This document shows positions 53,125-62,744 of a stretch of DNA of 64,000 nucleotides, piece by piece; within the stretch, counting starts at the first letter, position 1; every line of letters begins with the position of its first letter. A program made the position numbers and the translations under genes. The notes under the pieces are model-generated. The model was not told the origin of the DNA. It saw only the letters and a program-made list of their open reading frames with translations, and did not search any database. The stretch covers positions 11,075-75,074 of the forward strand of contig JAJTFQ010000013.1 of NCBI GenBank assembly GCA_021299955.1, given 5' to 3'. The DNA comes from Chitinophagaceae bacterium. Lineage in GTDB: Bacteria; Bacteroidota; Bacteroidia; Chitinophagales; Chitinophagaceae.

Positions 53125-54276
53125 CTATGGCAAGGAATCTTTGCGGTCGGCACGAAGCCAGTCGCCCGGGATCCTGACAAAACGTATCCATTCGCGACGA
53201 TGCTTTTCGCCGCCTTCGAAAACAAGTCCCACGGCTCCATCGGGCAAACTTACCAAACCTGAATACGAGGACGGACCGGCATGGACCAGCCGCCTGACCG
53301 GCCAGCTTGCACCATCATCGGGACTCACCCTGAGCGTCATGCGCCGACGGTCTTCGGCATAAACGGCCCCTTCGATATCAGGATTGGCAAAGAGCAGGAT
53401 GCGGGAGGACGCATCACCGGGCGCGTATCGCAAGAGGCTTGCCTGACAGGGTCGCTCGTTCAGGGCTTTATCATAGAAAAGGCTGTCCCAATGCGCGCCC
53501 CCGTCGCGGCTCAGGGCCACCGCCCGGCAGGCCGCTCCCATTGCCTGACGCATGTTCAACATGAGCCGTCCGTCGCTCAGCTCCGCCACCTGACATTCAT
53601 TGGCATCGATCGACACAGCCGATCCCATGGACCAGGTCCGTCCTTCATCATCGCTGTAGATCACGCGCGAATGCATTCCCTTTTCCGTCTTGAAATCGGG
53701 CTGCTCCACGGACGTGTACCCTGGAATGACCAGTCTCCCGGAACGGGTGCGAATACCTATACCCGGCCCCGGCACAAAAGTGTCGTCATATCCCTTGATG
53801 GAAGCCCCCATTTCCCGGGGTTTCGACCAGGTCCGGCCCCCGTTGCGTCTGGAGATCAGGAAATGGGTGCGATGCTCTCCTCTTGCCTTTCGGTTGGTGA
53901 GGCAATACATCAGCCAGATCTTACCAGACGTGGGATCGGCCAGGGCAACGGGATTCATGATCGCATCGGTGCCGCGACCCCTCACCAGTATCTGCATCGG
54001 CAACCAGCTGCGCCCGCCATCGAGGCTGCGCTTCAGGACCATGTCGGTGGGACTGGCATCTCCGATGCCTTCTTTCCTTGCTTCAGCAAACACCAGGATA
54101 TCACCCCGGGGCGTCGCCACCATCGCCGGAATGCGAAAAGTATGAATGCCCCCCTCTCCCGCCGCAAACACGACGGCATGCGCAGTGTCTGAACCGCGCA
54201 TGACCAGCGGGACCGTCAGTCCGAAAAGACATGCCATCCAAACATGCAGGAGAGCCTTCGTGGCAAAGCGGTGCAT
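53125..54276 (-). CDS. GH33-like exo-alpha-sialidase
   Basis: FRIP motif, Asp boxes, NECQ Glu, LNMR and RRRM Arg, SSYS Tyr nucleophile; signal peptide. Confidence 0.88.
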   Translation of the reverse strand: MHRFATKALLHVWMACLFGLTVPLVMRGSDTAHAVVFAAGEGGIHTFRIPAMVATPRGDILVFAEARKEGIGDASPTDMVLKRSLDGGRSWLPMQILVRGRGTDAIMNPVALADPTSGKIWLMYCLTNRKARGEHRTHFLISRRNGGRTWSKPREMGASIKGYDDTFVPGPGIGIRTRSGRLVIPGYTSVEQPDFKTEKGMHSRVIYSDDEGRTWSMGSAVSIDANECQVAELSDGRLMLNMRQAMGAACRAVALSRDGGAHWDSLFYDKALNERPCQASLLRYAPGDASSRILLFANPDIEGAVYAEDRRRMTLRVSPDDGASWPVRRLVHAGPSSYSGLVSLPDGAVGLVFEGGEKHRREWIRFVRIPGDWLRADRKDSLP

Positions 54277-54334
54277 ATGACTTGATTTTCGTTTATGCCT
54301 GACCGTTAGTCATTCGTCGCTTGTGATAGATCTG

Positions 54335-55639
54335 TCAATCCATGGCGGCCAATACGTCCCGGGCCGTAGAGATGGCATGGTCTATTTCTGCATCGGTATG
54401 TACAGCGCTGATGTACCAAAGTCCGCGACCGATCACGCGCACGCCTGCATCATGCATGCCCGCCACAAAACGGCCAAGCCTGGCCCGGTCCGCCGTGAGG
54501 GTATCGCGGTAATCCCGGAACACATCCCGGTCGGTGAAAGCGGTCACGAACATGGGGCCGGGACCCTGCACAAGCATTTGGTGTCCCGCATCTGCGGCTG
54601 CCTGTCGCAGTCCGGACATCAGTCGTTGTCCCAGCGCGAACATCCTGGCATGCGGCGCATCCCGCTCCAGGATGCTGATCTTGGCCAGGGCGGCGGCCAC
54701 TGAGGGCTGACCGGCATTCATGGTACCGGCATGTATTACCTTCGACTCCGCGATCAGCGACATCCATTCCCGACGTCCGACCACCGCACTGATGGGATAT
54801 CCGCTGCCCATGGCTTTGGCAAACACGGACATATCCGGTGTCACATTGAAATAAGTTTGTGCTCCGCTCAGCGACAGCCTGAAACCGGTGATCACTTCGT
54901 CCATGATGAAGGCGATGCCGTACTGGTCGCACAGGGTGCGGATCTCCTGCAGGAAACCCGGTGCCGGCAGGTTACAGCCGTTGTTGCACATGACCGCTTC
55001 GGTGATGATCGCCGCGACATCCTCATGATGCTCCGCCAGCGTGCGCCGCAGGCCTTCGGGATCATTCCAGGGCAGGATGATGAACTCTTCGCGGGACATC
55101 GGGGATATCCCCTGGCTCCAGGGGAAAGCTGTCGGCTGTTCCAGCGGCCCCATTGCTTGCGGTGTCGGTGCCGACAATCCCCAGGCCACATTATCGAGCC
55201 ATCCGTGGTAATGGCCTTCAAAGCGGATGAATTTCCGGCGGCCGGTGCGGGCCCGGGCTACCCGGAAGGCCGTCTGCACCGCTTCCGATCCGTCCAGGCA
55301 GAAACGCAGGAGCTCCGCCGAAGGGATGAGCCGTTGCAGGAGTTCCGCCAGTTCCACCTCCCTCAGGTGCTGACCGGCGTACATCTGTCCGGTAGCGGAG
55401 TACTCCGTAACAGCCTGCAATACTTCGGGATGCGAATGCCCGAGGATCAGCGGCCCCTGGCTCAGCGTGAAATCCAGGTATTCATTCCCGTCGATGTCCC
55501 AGATCCGCGATCCCATGGCCCGATCGTAAAAGATGGCATGGGGATGATTGTATTTTCTGAATTCGGAGGATACGCCTCCGGCGATGACCTGTTTCGCCCG
55601 CTCCAGCATCCGGGCCGATGCTTCATATCTGTTTCCCAT
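54335..55639 (-). CDS. class III aminotransferase (GSA-aminomutase-like)
   Basis: DIDGNEYLD, GSEA, FEGHYHG, DEVITGFR, FAKAMG PLP lysine, HAGT. Confidence 0.88.
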   Translation of the reverse strand: MGNRYEASARMLERAKQVIAGGVSSEFRKYNHPHAIFYDRAMGSRIWDIDGNEYLDFTLSQGPLILGHSHPEVLQAVTEYSATGQMYAGQHLREVELAELLQRLIPSAELLRFCLDGSEAVQTAFRVARARTGRRKFIRFEGHYHGWLDNVAWGLSAPTPQAMGPLEQPTAFPWSQGISPMSREEFIILPWNDPEGLRRTLAEHHEDVAAIITEAVMCNNGCNLPAPGFLQEIRTLCDQYGIAFIMDEVITGFRLSLSGAQTYFNVTPDMSVFAKAMGSGYPISAVVGRREWMSLIAESKVIHAGTMNAGQPSVAAALAKISILERDAPHARMFALGQRLMSGLRQAAADAGHQMLVQGPGPMFVTAFTDRDVFRDYRDTLTADRARLGRFVAGMHDAGVRVIGRGLWYISAVHTDAEIDHAISTARDVLAAMD

Positions 55640-55642
55640 CCG

Positions 55643-56881
55643 TCATGATTTGGCGTCTGTAATCGGAATTCCCTTTCGAACGCCCAGCAGCAGCAGGGCG
55701 CAGACGACCATGACCACGGCCGCCGTCTGATATATGTATGACAAATCGATCCGGGCATCCCTCAGGACGCCTCCGGCATAGATGGCCACGCCCCCGATGA
55801 TCGTACTGAAAAAGTTGAAGATACCATAGGCCGTGGCCCTATAACGAGTATCCACGATCAGACAGAGAATGGGCATCATATTGGCATCCCCGAAGGCGCG
55901 GGTGAAGGCATAGACCCCAAAGAATACCACCACCAGCGATAATGGCCCTCCAAGGGTGGCCATGAAGATGAACGGGGCCCCGACCAGCAGTCCAAACGCA
56001 GGCAGGAGCACCCTGCCACTCGGATTCTTCCGGCTCCACCTGTCTGCCATCATACCACCGAAGATCACACCCAGGAAAGATAATGGGTACAGCCAGGCCG
56101 TGGCAAAAAGCCCCGCATCCGTCTGCGTCAGTGCAAAGCGATCTTTGTAATAGGTCGGCAGCCAGCCCATCACCAGCCAGCTGACAATACCCAATAAACT
56201 CCAGTACCCGAGTGCCTTGAGGAAAGAGGGATTTCGGAACATCTTTCCGATCCCTTCGCGCATGCTTACCCCCGAACGGTCGTCCACACCCTCGGCAGGT
56301 GGTGGCGGATTTCTGAGTAGGAAAACCAGGACCACTGCGTAGCCCATCCCGAAGATACCCATGAAGGAAAATGCCGTGGTCCAGGAATACTGTTCCGCCA
56401 CCATCCCGCCCACAAATCCCAGACTCTGTCCGGCCATGATGCCCGCCTGATGGATCCCCGTGGCCAAAGAGCGGGTAGAGGAACCATGAAAATCGGCGAT
56501 GGCGGCCAATGCCGCCGGAATATAGAAAGCCTCGCTGATGCCCATCAACGCGCGGGTCAGCAGCAGCTCCTGAAAACTCGTGGTATGGGCGGTCAGCCAG
56601 GTCACCCCCGACCAGACAAAGAGACTGATCAGGATCACCCGTTTGCGGTCGAACCGGTCGGCCACAAAACCCGCAAATGGACTCAGGAGTCCGTAGACCC
56701 ACAGGAATACGGATGTGAGCAGCCCGAACTGTGCATCGGTCATCGGGATGGCATCGACCACCGATGTACGCATCGTAGTGATCATCGTACGATCGAGATA
56801 GTTCAGCGCCGCCACCACAAACAGCAAACCCACTGTCAGCCAGGCACCCCGTATCATTTTCGATTTGTCGGACATATCCAT
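55643..56881 (-). CDS. MFS transporter (ACS/sugar-acid-like)
   Basis: LNYLDR, GFVADRFDRK motif A, about 12 TM helices. Confidence 0.9.
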   Translation of the reverse strand: MDMSDKSKMIRGAWLTVGLLFVVAALNYLDRTMITTMRTSVVDAIPMTDAQFGLLTSVFLWVYGLLSPFAGFVADRFDRKRVILISLFVWSGVTWLTAHTTSFQELLLTRALMGISEAFYIPAALAAIADFHGSSTRSLATGIHQAGIMAGQSLGFVGGMVAEQYSWTTAFSFMGIFGMGYAVVLVFLLRNPPPPAEGVDDRSGVSMREGIGKMFRNPSFLKALGYWSLLGIVSWLVMGWLPTYYKDRFALTQTDAGLFATAWLYPLSFLGVIFGGMMADRWSRKNPSGRVLLPAFGLLVGAPFIFMATLGGPLSLVVVFFGVYAFTRAFGDANMMPILCLIVDTRYRATAYGIFNFFSTIIGGVAIYAGGVLRDARIDLSYIYQTAAVVMVVCALLLLGVRKGIPITDAKS

Positions 56882-56903
56882 TATGTTTTTTGGGAAACGG
56901 ATC

Positions 56904-58004
56904 TTATCTCCGTCCGGATCCCGGTTTCATGGCCACGTTGGCAGGCGTTCTGACACCCGGGCGGACCTCTCCGCTGATGAAGATCCATTGTCCCTTCCAG
57001 TGCACCGAAGGCAGGGTCACCCTTGATCTGAGATCCGGAGGTGTCGCTAACTGCCGGATGCCGGATCCGCTGGCGGGATAGATGATCAGTTTCCGTTCGA
57101 TGCCCGGATGGGTGGCCGGATCCCGATGACGGGATATGTTTTCACTCACACCTCCCCAGCAATAGAATCTCCCTTTACGATCGACCGGCACGGGGTTGGC
57201 CGAGGCAGACACGGATCCCGGAAGATCCGGTAACCGCTCCCACTGACCCGTCCATGATCCTTCCACTTTTCGGGTGCGCAACCGATAGACATCCCGGTAG
57301 AGGGTCCTGAGTTTGATGCCTGCGGAATCCCTCGCGACACCCTCTCCGCTGAACAGAAAGAAATCTCCAGCATGGCTGCCAGCAACCGGTTGTGCCCGAG
57401 CGGGCCCAGGCCAGCCGGGCAATTCAATCCAACCCTTTTCGATGTTTTCTAGGTCGAGGGCAAGGCATTTGGACAGGGGTGGTCCGGTGAGGCTTTCGTT
57501 CCCCCCGGCAACGATCAGCAACTGTCCGGTCCGACAGCCCGCCATATTAGCAAGCGGAAAAGGAAGGGATGGCAGCTTTCGGAAAGACAGCTGCCCCTGA
57601 GTCCAGCGCATCGCCCAGACATCGGCGTGAAAGATGCGCTCATTGCTGCCCCCGACGAGGATCAGTTCGTCTCCATATGCGGCGCTGACACCATATGCCA
57701 TGCGGGCCGGCAAGGTCTGCGGCATGCGTTCCCAGGTGCCGTCTTCCCGCAGCCCGAAGATCACGTCGTACCAGACTTTCGTACCGCCCTCCCAGGGCTT
57801 TTTATCCGGGAAGTTCGCCCCTCCCATGCAGAAGAGACGGCCACCGCTCTCGCCGGCAAACATGCCGGCCATTCCTTCCGGATCGGGTAATCCCGGAAAA
57901 GCCGACCAGGACGGAGCATCCTGTGCCTGCAGCGTTATGGCGGGGATCATCCATCCTATGAAGGCACACATCATCCGGCTCAACAGAGATCTCAGTTTAT
58001 GCAT
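56904..58004 (-). CDS. kelch-repeat NanM-like (sialic acid mutarotase family) secreted protein
   Basis: Signal peptide; GMAGMFAG, GGANFP, repeated GG/W kelch blades, SGEVRPGVRTP end. Confidence 0.72.
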   Translation of the reverse strand: MHKLRSLLSRMMCAFIGWMIPAITLQAQDAPSWSAFPGLPDPEGMAGMFAGESGGRLFCMGGANFPDKKPWEGGTKVWYDVIFGLREDGTWERMPQTLPARMAYGVSAAYGDELILVGGSNERIFHADVWAMRWTQGQLSFRKLPSLPFPLANMAGCRTGQLLIVAGGNESLTGPPLSKCLALDLENIEKGWIELPGWPGPARAQPVAGSHAGDFFLFSGEGVARDSAGIKLRTLYRDVYRLRTRKVEGSWTGQWERLPDLPGSVSASANPVPVDRKGRFYCWGGVSENISRHRDPATHPGIERKLIIYPASGSGIRQLATPPDLRSRVTLPSVHWKGQWIFISGEVRPGVRTPANVAMKPGSGRR

Positions 58005-60312
58005 GTATGGTTATTTTTATGCGTTTAACCGCACCCGGACCGGGTTCGGCATATCCGCCGGTGACCAGGATCGTGTGTTCATCAATAAAAACCAAGTTGC
58101 TGACCAAGGGCATCCCCACATCCAGCGATGCGATCAGCACACCGTCTGACGTTAGCAACTGTACTTGTCCCATGCCGTAATGGGCGACCCCCAGCCAGCC
58201 CCGAGGATGCAGTGCGATGCCGTCGGGCAGGTTCCCCAAAGGTTCCCCGGAGGGATGACAGGGCAGGTCAGCGAACACCCTTCTCCCGTCTTCGGCCACC
58301 GTGCCGGGCCTCATCAGCGAAATGGCCAGGATGCGATTGGCATAACTTTCCGCCACATACAGGATGGATTCGTCGGCCGACAATACGATCCCGTTGGGAT
58401 AATCCAGATCTTCGGCGATCACGGAGGTGCTGCCATCCGGCGCCATACCGAAGACCCGCCCGCCTTGCCGCACCGAATCAGTAAAATACAAATATCCACT
58501 TCGATCCATGCAGAGATCATTGGGCACCTGCACTTCCCGGCCATCGATCACCGCCGGGGTTTGATGACCTGAAAAAGTTCCGGTTGCTGAAAAACGGTTC
58601 ACGCGACCTTCCCGGCTGTCACAGACCAGATGATCCCCGCCATGTATCCGGATCTGACCGTTGGGACAGGTCCCGGAAGCCCAATCAGTGGTCGTTCCGG
58701 TCGGATCGACCCGCATGATGCCACCCCCGGAAAGGGTCGTAAAGTACATGGAACCATCGTCGGCCACAGCGGGGCCCTCCGTGTACCAGGCCAGGTCAGC
58801 CAGGGTCTCCACTGATCGCAACCGTACAACGGGTAATTTTTCTGGGGCCGGATGTTCGAATGGAAACAATGGATGCCGGCGATGCCGGAACGGAAATCGG
58901 GTCATATCCGCGCCCGTGACCCCGGGGCTATCCACCTGAATATAGGTAGGACATACTTCCCGATAGGCCGCGATGGGGGCATTCACGCCCTTGGCAACGA
59001 TCCAGCCGAAAGCCTCCGGCTGCAGGCCGAAAGCGGTGAGCTGATGCAGGCTGAAGGGCGGGGTCCGGCGGGTGTTGAGCATGATGGTAAGACCCTCTGC
59101 AGATCGCAGGATGACCGTTTCCCCCATGTCGAACTGCAACTGCCCGCCATGTCTGGGCGCTGTTTCCTGAAAACTGCCGGGTCCTTTGTACAGGAGTGTC
59201 ACACTACGGTGCGGACGAATGCCGGTGACCGGATGACGTCCAAATGCCAGCACAAAAGATGATCCCGGATCCCGGGCGAAAGCCTCAGACACGGCTTCCG
59301 GATCGAAGATGCAGCAGAAACCGTCGTGGATGCCCGCGGCGCCGAGGGCTTCAATGATGTATGTACTATCACCGGGAGATCCTCCGCCGACATTGTCGCC
59401 CATGTCGAGCAACAGCAGCGGGCGGGGGGCCTCTTTGATATGTGTGACAAGTTCAGTGATCCCTTTCAGGTCACCCCGGAAATCATGCAATCGCGGCAGG
59501 ACATGATTCGTCAATTCCTGCAATGCCGCCACTGCAATGGCAGGATTTTGATCGGCCACCACGAGGAAACCAGTCCCCAACTCCGGCACATCCGCATAAG
59601 GGAAGCCCAGCAACAGGCTGGAGGACAGGATCCCGGGCAGTTGTTGAACAGCGCGGAATTGTTCCTGCAGACTTTTGCAGGGTTCCACTTCTGTCCGTTG
59701 TTGTTCGATGCTGATGGCGAGTGGGGGCTTGAACATCCGCTGTACCGGCCGGATTTCTCCTCGCAGGGTGGCCGCCATCAGTCTGCCCGCATCCAGTCCG
59801 ACCTGTCGCTGGTCGATATGGGGATTGGTGCGATAGGCAATGAGCGCATCCGTGGCCCCTACCATACGTTCGCTCAGGTTGGCATGGGGATCTAATGTTC
59901 CGATGACCGGCACATCCGGGCCTACCAGTTCACGGAGTCTGGACAGCCACTCCCCATCCATGTCGGAAAATTGTTCGGAGACACCTGCTCCATGGGGCAC
60001 GACCAGGCAACCGTCAATGGGAAGGCTGGGCACCAATCGCTGGAACATCTGTGCACAGAGGGTCTCAAATGCGGCAGCTGTTACGACTCCGCCGGGGGTG
60101 GCTTCGGCATACATGACGGGAACGATCTTGATATCGGCCTCGTCCATCGCCTGGATCATACCACCCACCTCATGATAGGCGTGCCGATAGTCGGTGATGA
60201 TGTCGTTCCCAAAACACCAATGACCTTCTTCAAAACGCCGGATATCCGTCTGCGTTTCGACGAAGGTGTTCGATTCGTGAACAATACCCATCAGTGCGAC
60301 CCTGCGCTTCAT
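57997..60312 (-). CDS. M81/MlrC-family metallo-amidohydrolase fused to SMP-30/gluconolactonase
   Basis: HESNTF, HGAG, DPHAN, TNPHID; then TEGP, PNG, PND, PNG, PDG lactonase motifs; start ATG 60312 overlaps ridA stop. Confidence 0.82.
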   Translation of the reverse strand: MKRRVALMGIVHESNTFVETQTDIRRFEEGHWCFGNDIITDYRHAYHEVGGMIQAMDEADIKIVPVMYAEATPGGVVTAAAFETLCAQMFQRLVPSLPIDGCLVVPHGAGVSEQFSDMDGEWLSRLRELVGPDVPVIGTLDPHANLSERMVGATDALIAYRTNPHIDQRQVGLDAGRLMAATLRGEIRPVQRMFKPPLAISIEQQRTEVEPCKSLQEQFRAVQQLPGILSSSLLLGFPYADVPELGTGFLVVADQNPAIAVAALQELTNHVLPRLHDFRGDLKGITELVTHIKEAPRPLLLLDMGDNVGGGSPGDSTYIIEALGAAGIHDGFCCIFDPEAVSEAFARDPGSSFVLAFGRHPVTGIRPHRSVTLLYKGPGSFQETAPRHGGQLQFDMGETVILRSAEGLTIMLNTRRTPPFSLHQLTAFGLQPEAFGWIVAKGVNAPIAAYREVCPTYIQVDSPGVTGADMTRFPFRHRRHPLFPFEHPAPEKLPVVRLRSVETLADLAWYTEGPAVADDGSMYFTTLSGGGIMRVDPTGTTTDWASGTCPNGQIRIHGGDHLVCDSREGRVNRFSATGTFSGHQTPAVIDGREVQVPNDLCMDRSGYLYFTDSVRQGGRVFGMAPDGSTSVIAEDLDYPNGIVLSADESILYVAESYANRILAISLMRPGTVAEDGRRVFADLPCHPSGEPLGNLPDGIALHPRGWLGVAHYGMGQVQLLTSDGVLIASLDVGMPLVSNLVFIDEHTILVTGGYAEPGPGAVKRIKITIHA

Positions 60313-60695
60313 GACCGGGGCTTGTAGGCAACGGCGTCCGCCTCGAACTTGAGCATGGTGCCCAGGCATCCGATGATGGTGGTGCGGGCAGGGAATGGTT
60401 CCTGGAAGAACTCCCGGTAGATCCGGTTGAAATCTGCCAGATCCTCCTGACGACCTACGTAGTTGCGTACCTGAACCACATCCCTGAAGCTCAGGCCGGC
60501 ACCTTCCAGGATCCGTCCGAGATTACGGAAAGAACGACGGCACTCTTCTTCAAACGTATCATTGATGATGCGGCCTTCGTCGTCAACGGAGGCCTGTCCG
60601 GAAATAAATACAAAATCTCCTGCATGGATGGCCGGAGAAAAAGGAAGATGACTTTGCGGGATGCCTTCTCCGCGTACGACTTCAAATGATGACAT
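60309..60695 (-). CDS. RidA/YjgF family enamine/imine deaminase
   Basis: PFSPA, FISGQ, FNRIY, PART, FEAD. Confidence 0.9.
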   Translation of the reverse strand: MSSFEVVRGEGIPQSHLPFSPAIHAGDFVFISGQASVDDEGRIINDTFEEECRRSFRNLGRILEGAGLSFRDVVQVRNYVGRQEDLADFNRIYREFFQEPFPARTTIIGCLGTMLKFEADAVAYKPRS

Positions 60696-60737
60696 GACTG
60701 GTATTTTACAGGTTGTGTTATTTTGTTAAGGGTTTTA

Positions 60738-61628
60738 TTAGGGAAGGTATGACTCTACCCGACGGATCCGTTCCATCAGGTACTCATCAGACCAAGCCAG
60801 TTCCGGGGTCATCAGCGGTGCCTTGGCCTTACCGATGTCGATGCCGTAGCGCAGTTGCATGCCCCGGCGGAAGAAGGTCCAGATGCAGGGCAGGATCTCC
60901 AGGATCAACTGCTGGAACTCCAGCATGAAGGCCATGGCCATGGCCGTCTCCCCGTTCAGAAAGGCCTGACGTACATGTTTGCAAACGGGGCCAAACAGGT
61001 TGTATGTGGATCCGATGGCACCGGCTGTACCGCAAAGCGCTGCATGACACATGAGTTCATCCGCACCACTGAAAAGGGTCCACCTTCCACCGGAACTGAT
61101 GCGGATGGAAGCGATGTCGAGCATATTGAGCGTCGTCAGCTTGAGCCCTTTCAGATTCGGGATCTCCAGCAGTTCCCGGATCATATCCTCCGTCATGGGT
61201 GCATTGCCGATCTGATAGGGAAAGAACGGAATGGAGATCGAAGCGGCAAGAGACCTGTAATGCGCCATGCCCATCGCGGGACTGGCAGCATAGTAGATGG
61301 GACCCACCGAAGAAACGGCATCAGCACCGTGCGCTTCGGCATGCCGAGCCAGGCGTACGGATTCATCCGTGCTAAGTGCCCCTACATGCACCATCACCGG
61401 AATTCTTTTTTGGGCGATCGACAGGGCCGCTTCCGCGATCCGCTTGCGTTCAGCCTCTGCGTACAGGAATCCCTGTCCCGTGGATCCCAGCAGATAGATG
61501 CCATCCAGTTCCTGCCTGATGATGAGTTCTATCAACTTCTCCATTTCCGTCAGGTTCACCGTTCCGTCATCATTCACCGGAGTGAACATGGCCGGCCATA
61601 ATCCTTTCAATTGCTTAGCGTCTTGCAT
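60738..61628 (-). CDS. NanA-like aldolase (DHDPS/N-acetylneuraminate lyase family)
   Basis: GSTGQ, GLKLT Schiff-base Lys, SGADE, GAIGSTYN. Confidence 0.85.
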   Translation of the reverse strand: MQDAKQLKGLWPAMFTPVNDDGTVNLTEMEKLIELIIRQELDGIYLLGSTGQGFLYAEAERKRIAEAALSIAQKRIPVMVHVGALSTDESVRLARHAEAHGADAVSSVGPIYYAASPAMGMAHYRSLAASISIPFFPYQIGNAPMTEDMIRELLEIPNLKGLKLTTLNMLDIASIRISSGGRWTLFSGADELMCHAALCGTAGAIGSTYNLFGPVCKHVRQAFLNGETAMAMAFMLEFQQLILEILPCIWTFFRRGMQLRYGIDIGKAKAPLMTPELAWSDEYLMERIRRVESYLP

Positions 61629-61646
61629 GGGATCCTTGTTAAGTTT

Positions 61647-62744
61647 TCAATGTTCGGTTGATCTAATATGATTGACCATCTGGTCAGGTGTAAGGGTTTG
61701 TATATCCGGCAGTCCGAACCTGCGCTCCACCGTAAGCATATCCTTGAAGCCGCTGCCGGTGACCAGGCACACGATCTTGTCATCCAGTCCGACTTCCTTA
61801 CGCCGTACGGCGCCCGCCAGTCCCGCCAGGGCGACCGCACCTGCGGGCTCGCAGAAGACCCCCTCGCGCTGCGCCATCAGCCGCTGCCAGTGAAAGACCT
61901 CTTCATCCTTCACCACATGACCGTTACCGCCGGAAGCCAGACATGCCTGAACGACCAGGTCGGCATCCAGGAGTCCGGGGACCTGCAGCCCGCTGACCTC
62001 TGTGGTGGAGGATGGTATCGCAATCCCTCCGGAGGCACCGGATCGGATCGCCGTGGCCATCGTATCGTTGCCTTCCGGCTGAACACAGTGTATAGAAGGC
62101 ATGATATCCGGTTTTATCGAACGGGCATGGATCTCTGCGCCATAGGCCATGGCCAGGGTGAGACCACCACCACCCGAAGGACTGAACACATGCCGGGGTT
62201 GTAATTCATCCAACAATTCGCACATGATGGTCTGCACGCCCTGCATGCCTTCCGGACAAAATGCATAAGCACTAACGGGCAGGGGTACCCTAAATTCAGC
62301 AGCCATTAAGCGTAGCTGACCAAATACCTCGTCGGTCACGGCTGTATCTTTTCCAAAGCCACTGACCATGATGGTTTCTGCGCCATAGAGCTGCATCTGG
62401 CGGATCTTGGCATGGGGCGCTCCATCGACGATGACGAGCACACAGCGGATCCCCGCCGCCGCACAATAGGCTGAGAGGGCTGCACCCGTATTTCCACTGG
62501 AGGTGGCGATGCAGAGCGTATGTCCCTGCGCCTTCATCAGACTCACAAATGCTGCGGCAAAACGATCTTTGTAGGAGCCCGTGGGATTGAGTTGCTCGAG
62601 TTTAAAATACAAGTTTGACAAACCCAGCGAAGGTCCAATGCTTTTTGAACGCAGCAAGGGCGTCCCTCCCTCCCCCAGGGAGATCCGGTGTACGGGCGAC
62701 ACATCAGGCATATGTCCGACATATTTCCAGATATCAGTATTCAT
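61647..62744 (-). CDS. threonine-synthase-like PLP-dependent enzyme (fold type II)
   Basis: NPTGSYKDR, SSGNTG, PSGGGG, EPAGA, TGSGFK. Confidence 0.85.
   Translation of the reverse strand: MNTDIWKYVGHMPDVSPVHRISLGEGGTPLLRSKSIGPSLGLSNLYFKLEQLNPTGSYKDRFAAAFVSLMKAQGHTLCIATSSGNTGAALSAYCAAAGIRCVLVIVDGAPHAKIRQMQLYGAETIMVSGFGKDTAVTDEVFGQLRLMAAEFRVPLPVSAYAFCPEGMQGVQTIMCELLDELQPRHVFSPSGGGGLTLAMAYGAEIHARSIKPDIMPSIHCVQPEGNDTMATAIRSGASGGIAIPSSTTEVSGLQVPGLLDADLVVQACLASGGNGHVVKDEEVFHWQRLMAQREGVFCEPAGAVALAGLAGAVRRKEVGLDDKIVCLVTGSGFKDMLTVERRFGLPDIQTLTPDQMVNHIRSTEH

Noticed and set aside
54335-55639. hemL (tetrapyrrole synthesis)
   Set aside because: Only family-level similarity; sits inside a catabolic operon with no hem genes
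57997-60312. Microcystin degradation (mlrC)
   Set aside because: No mlrA, mlrB or mlrD nearby; context is sugar catabolism
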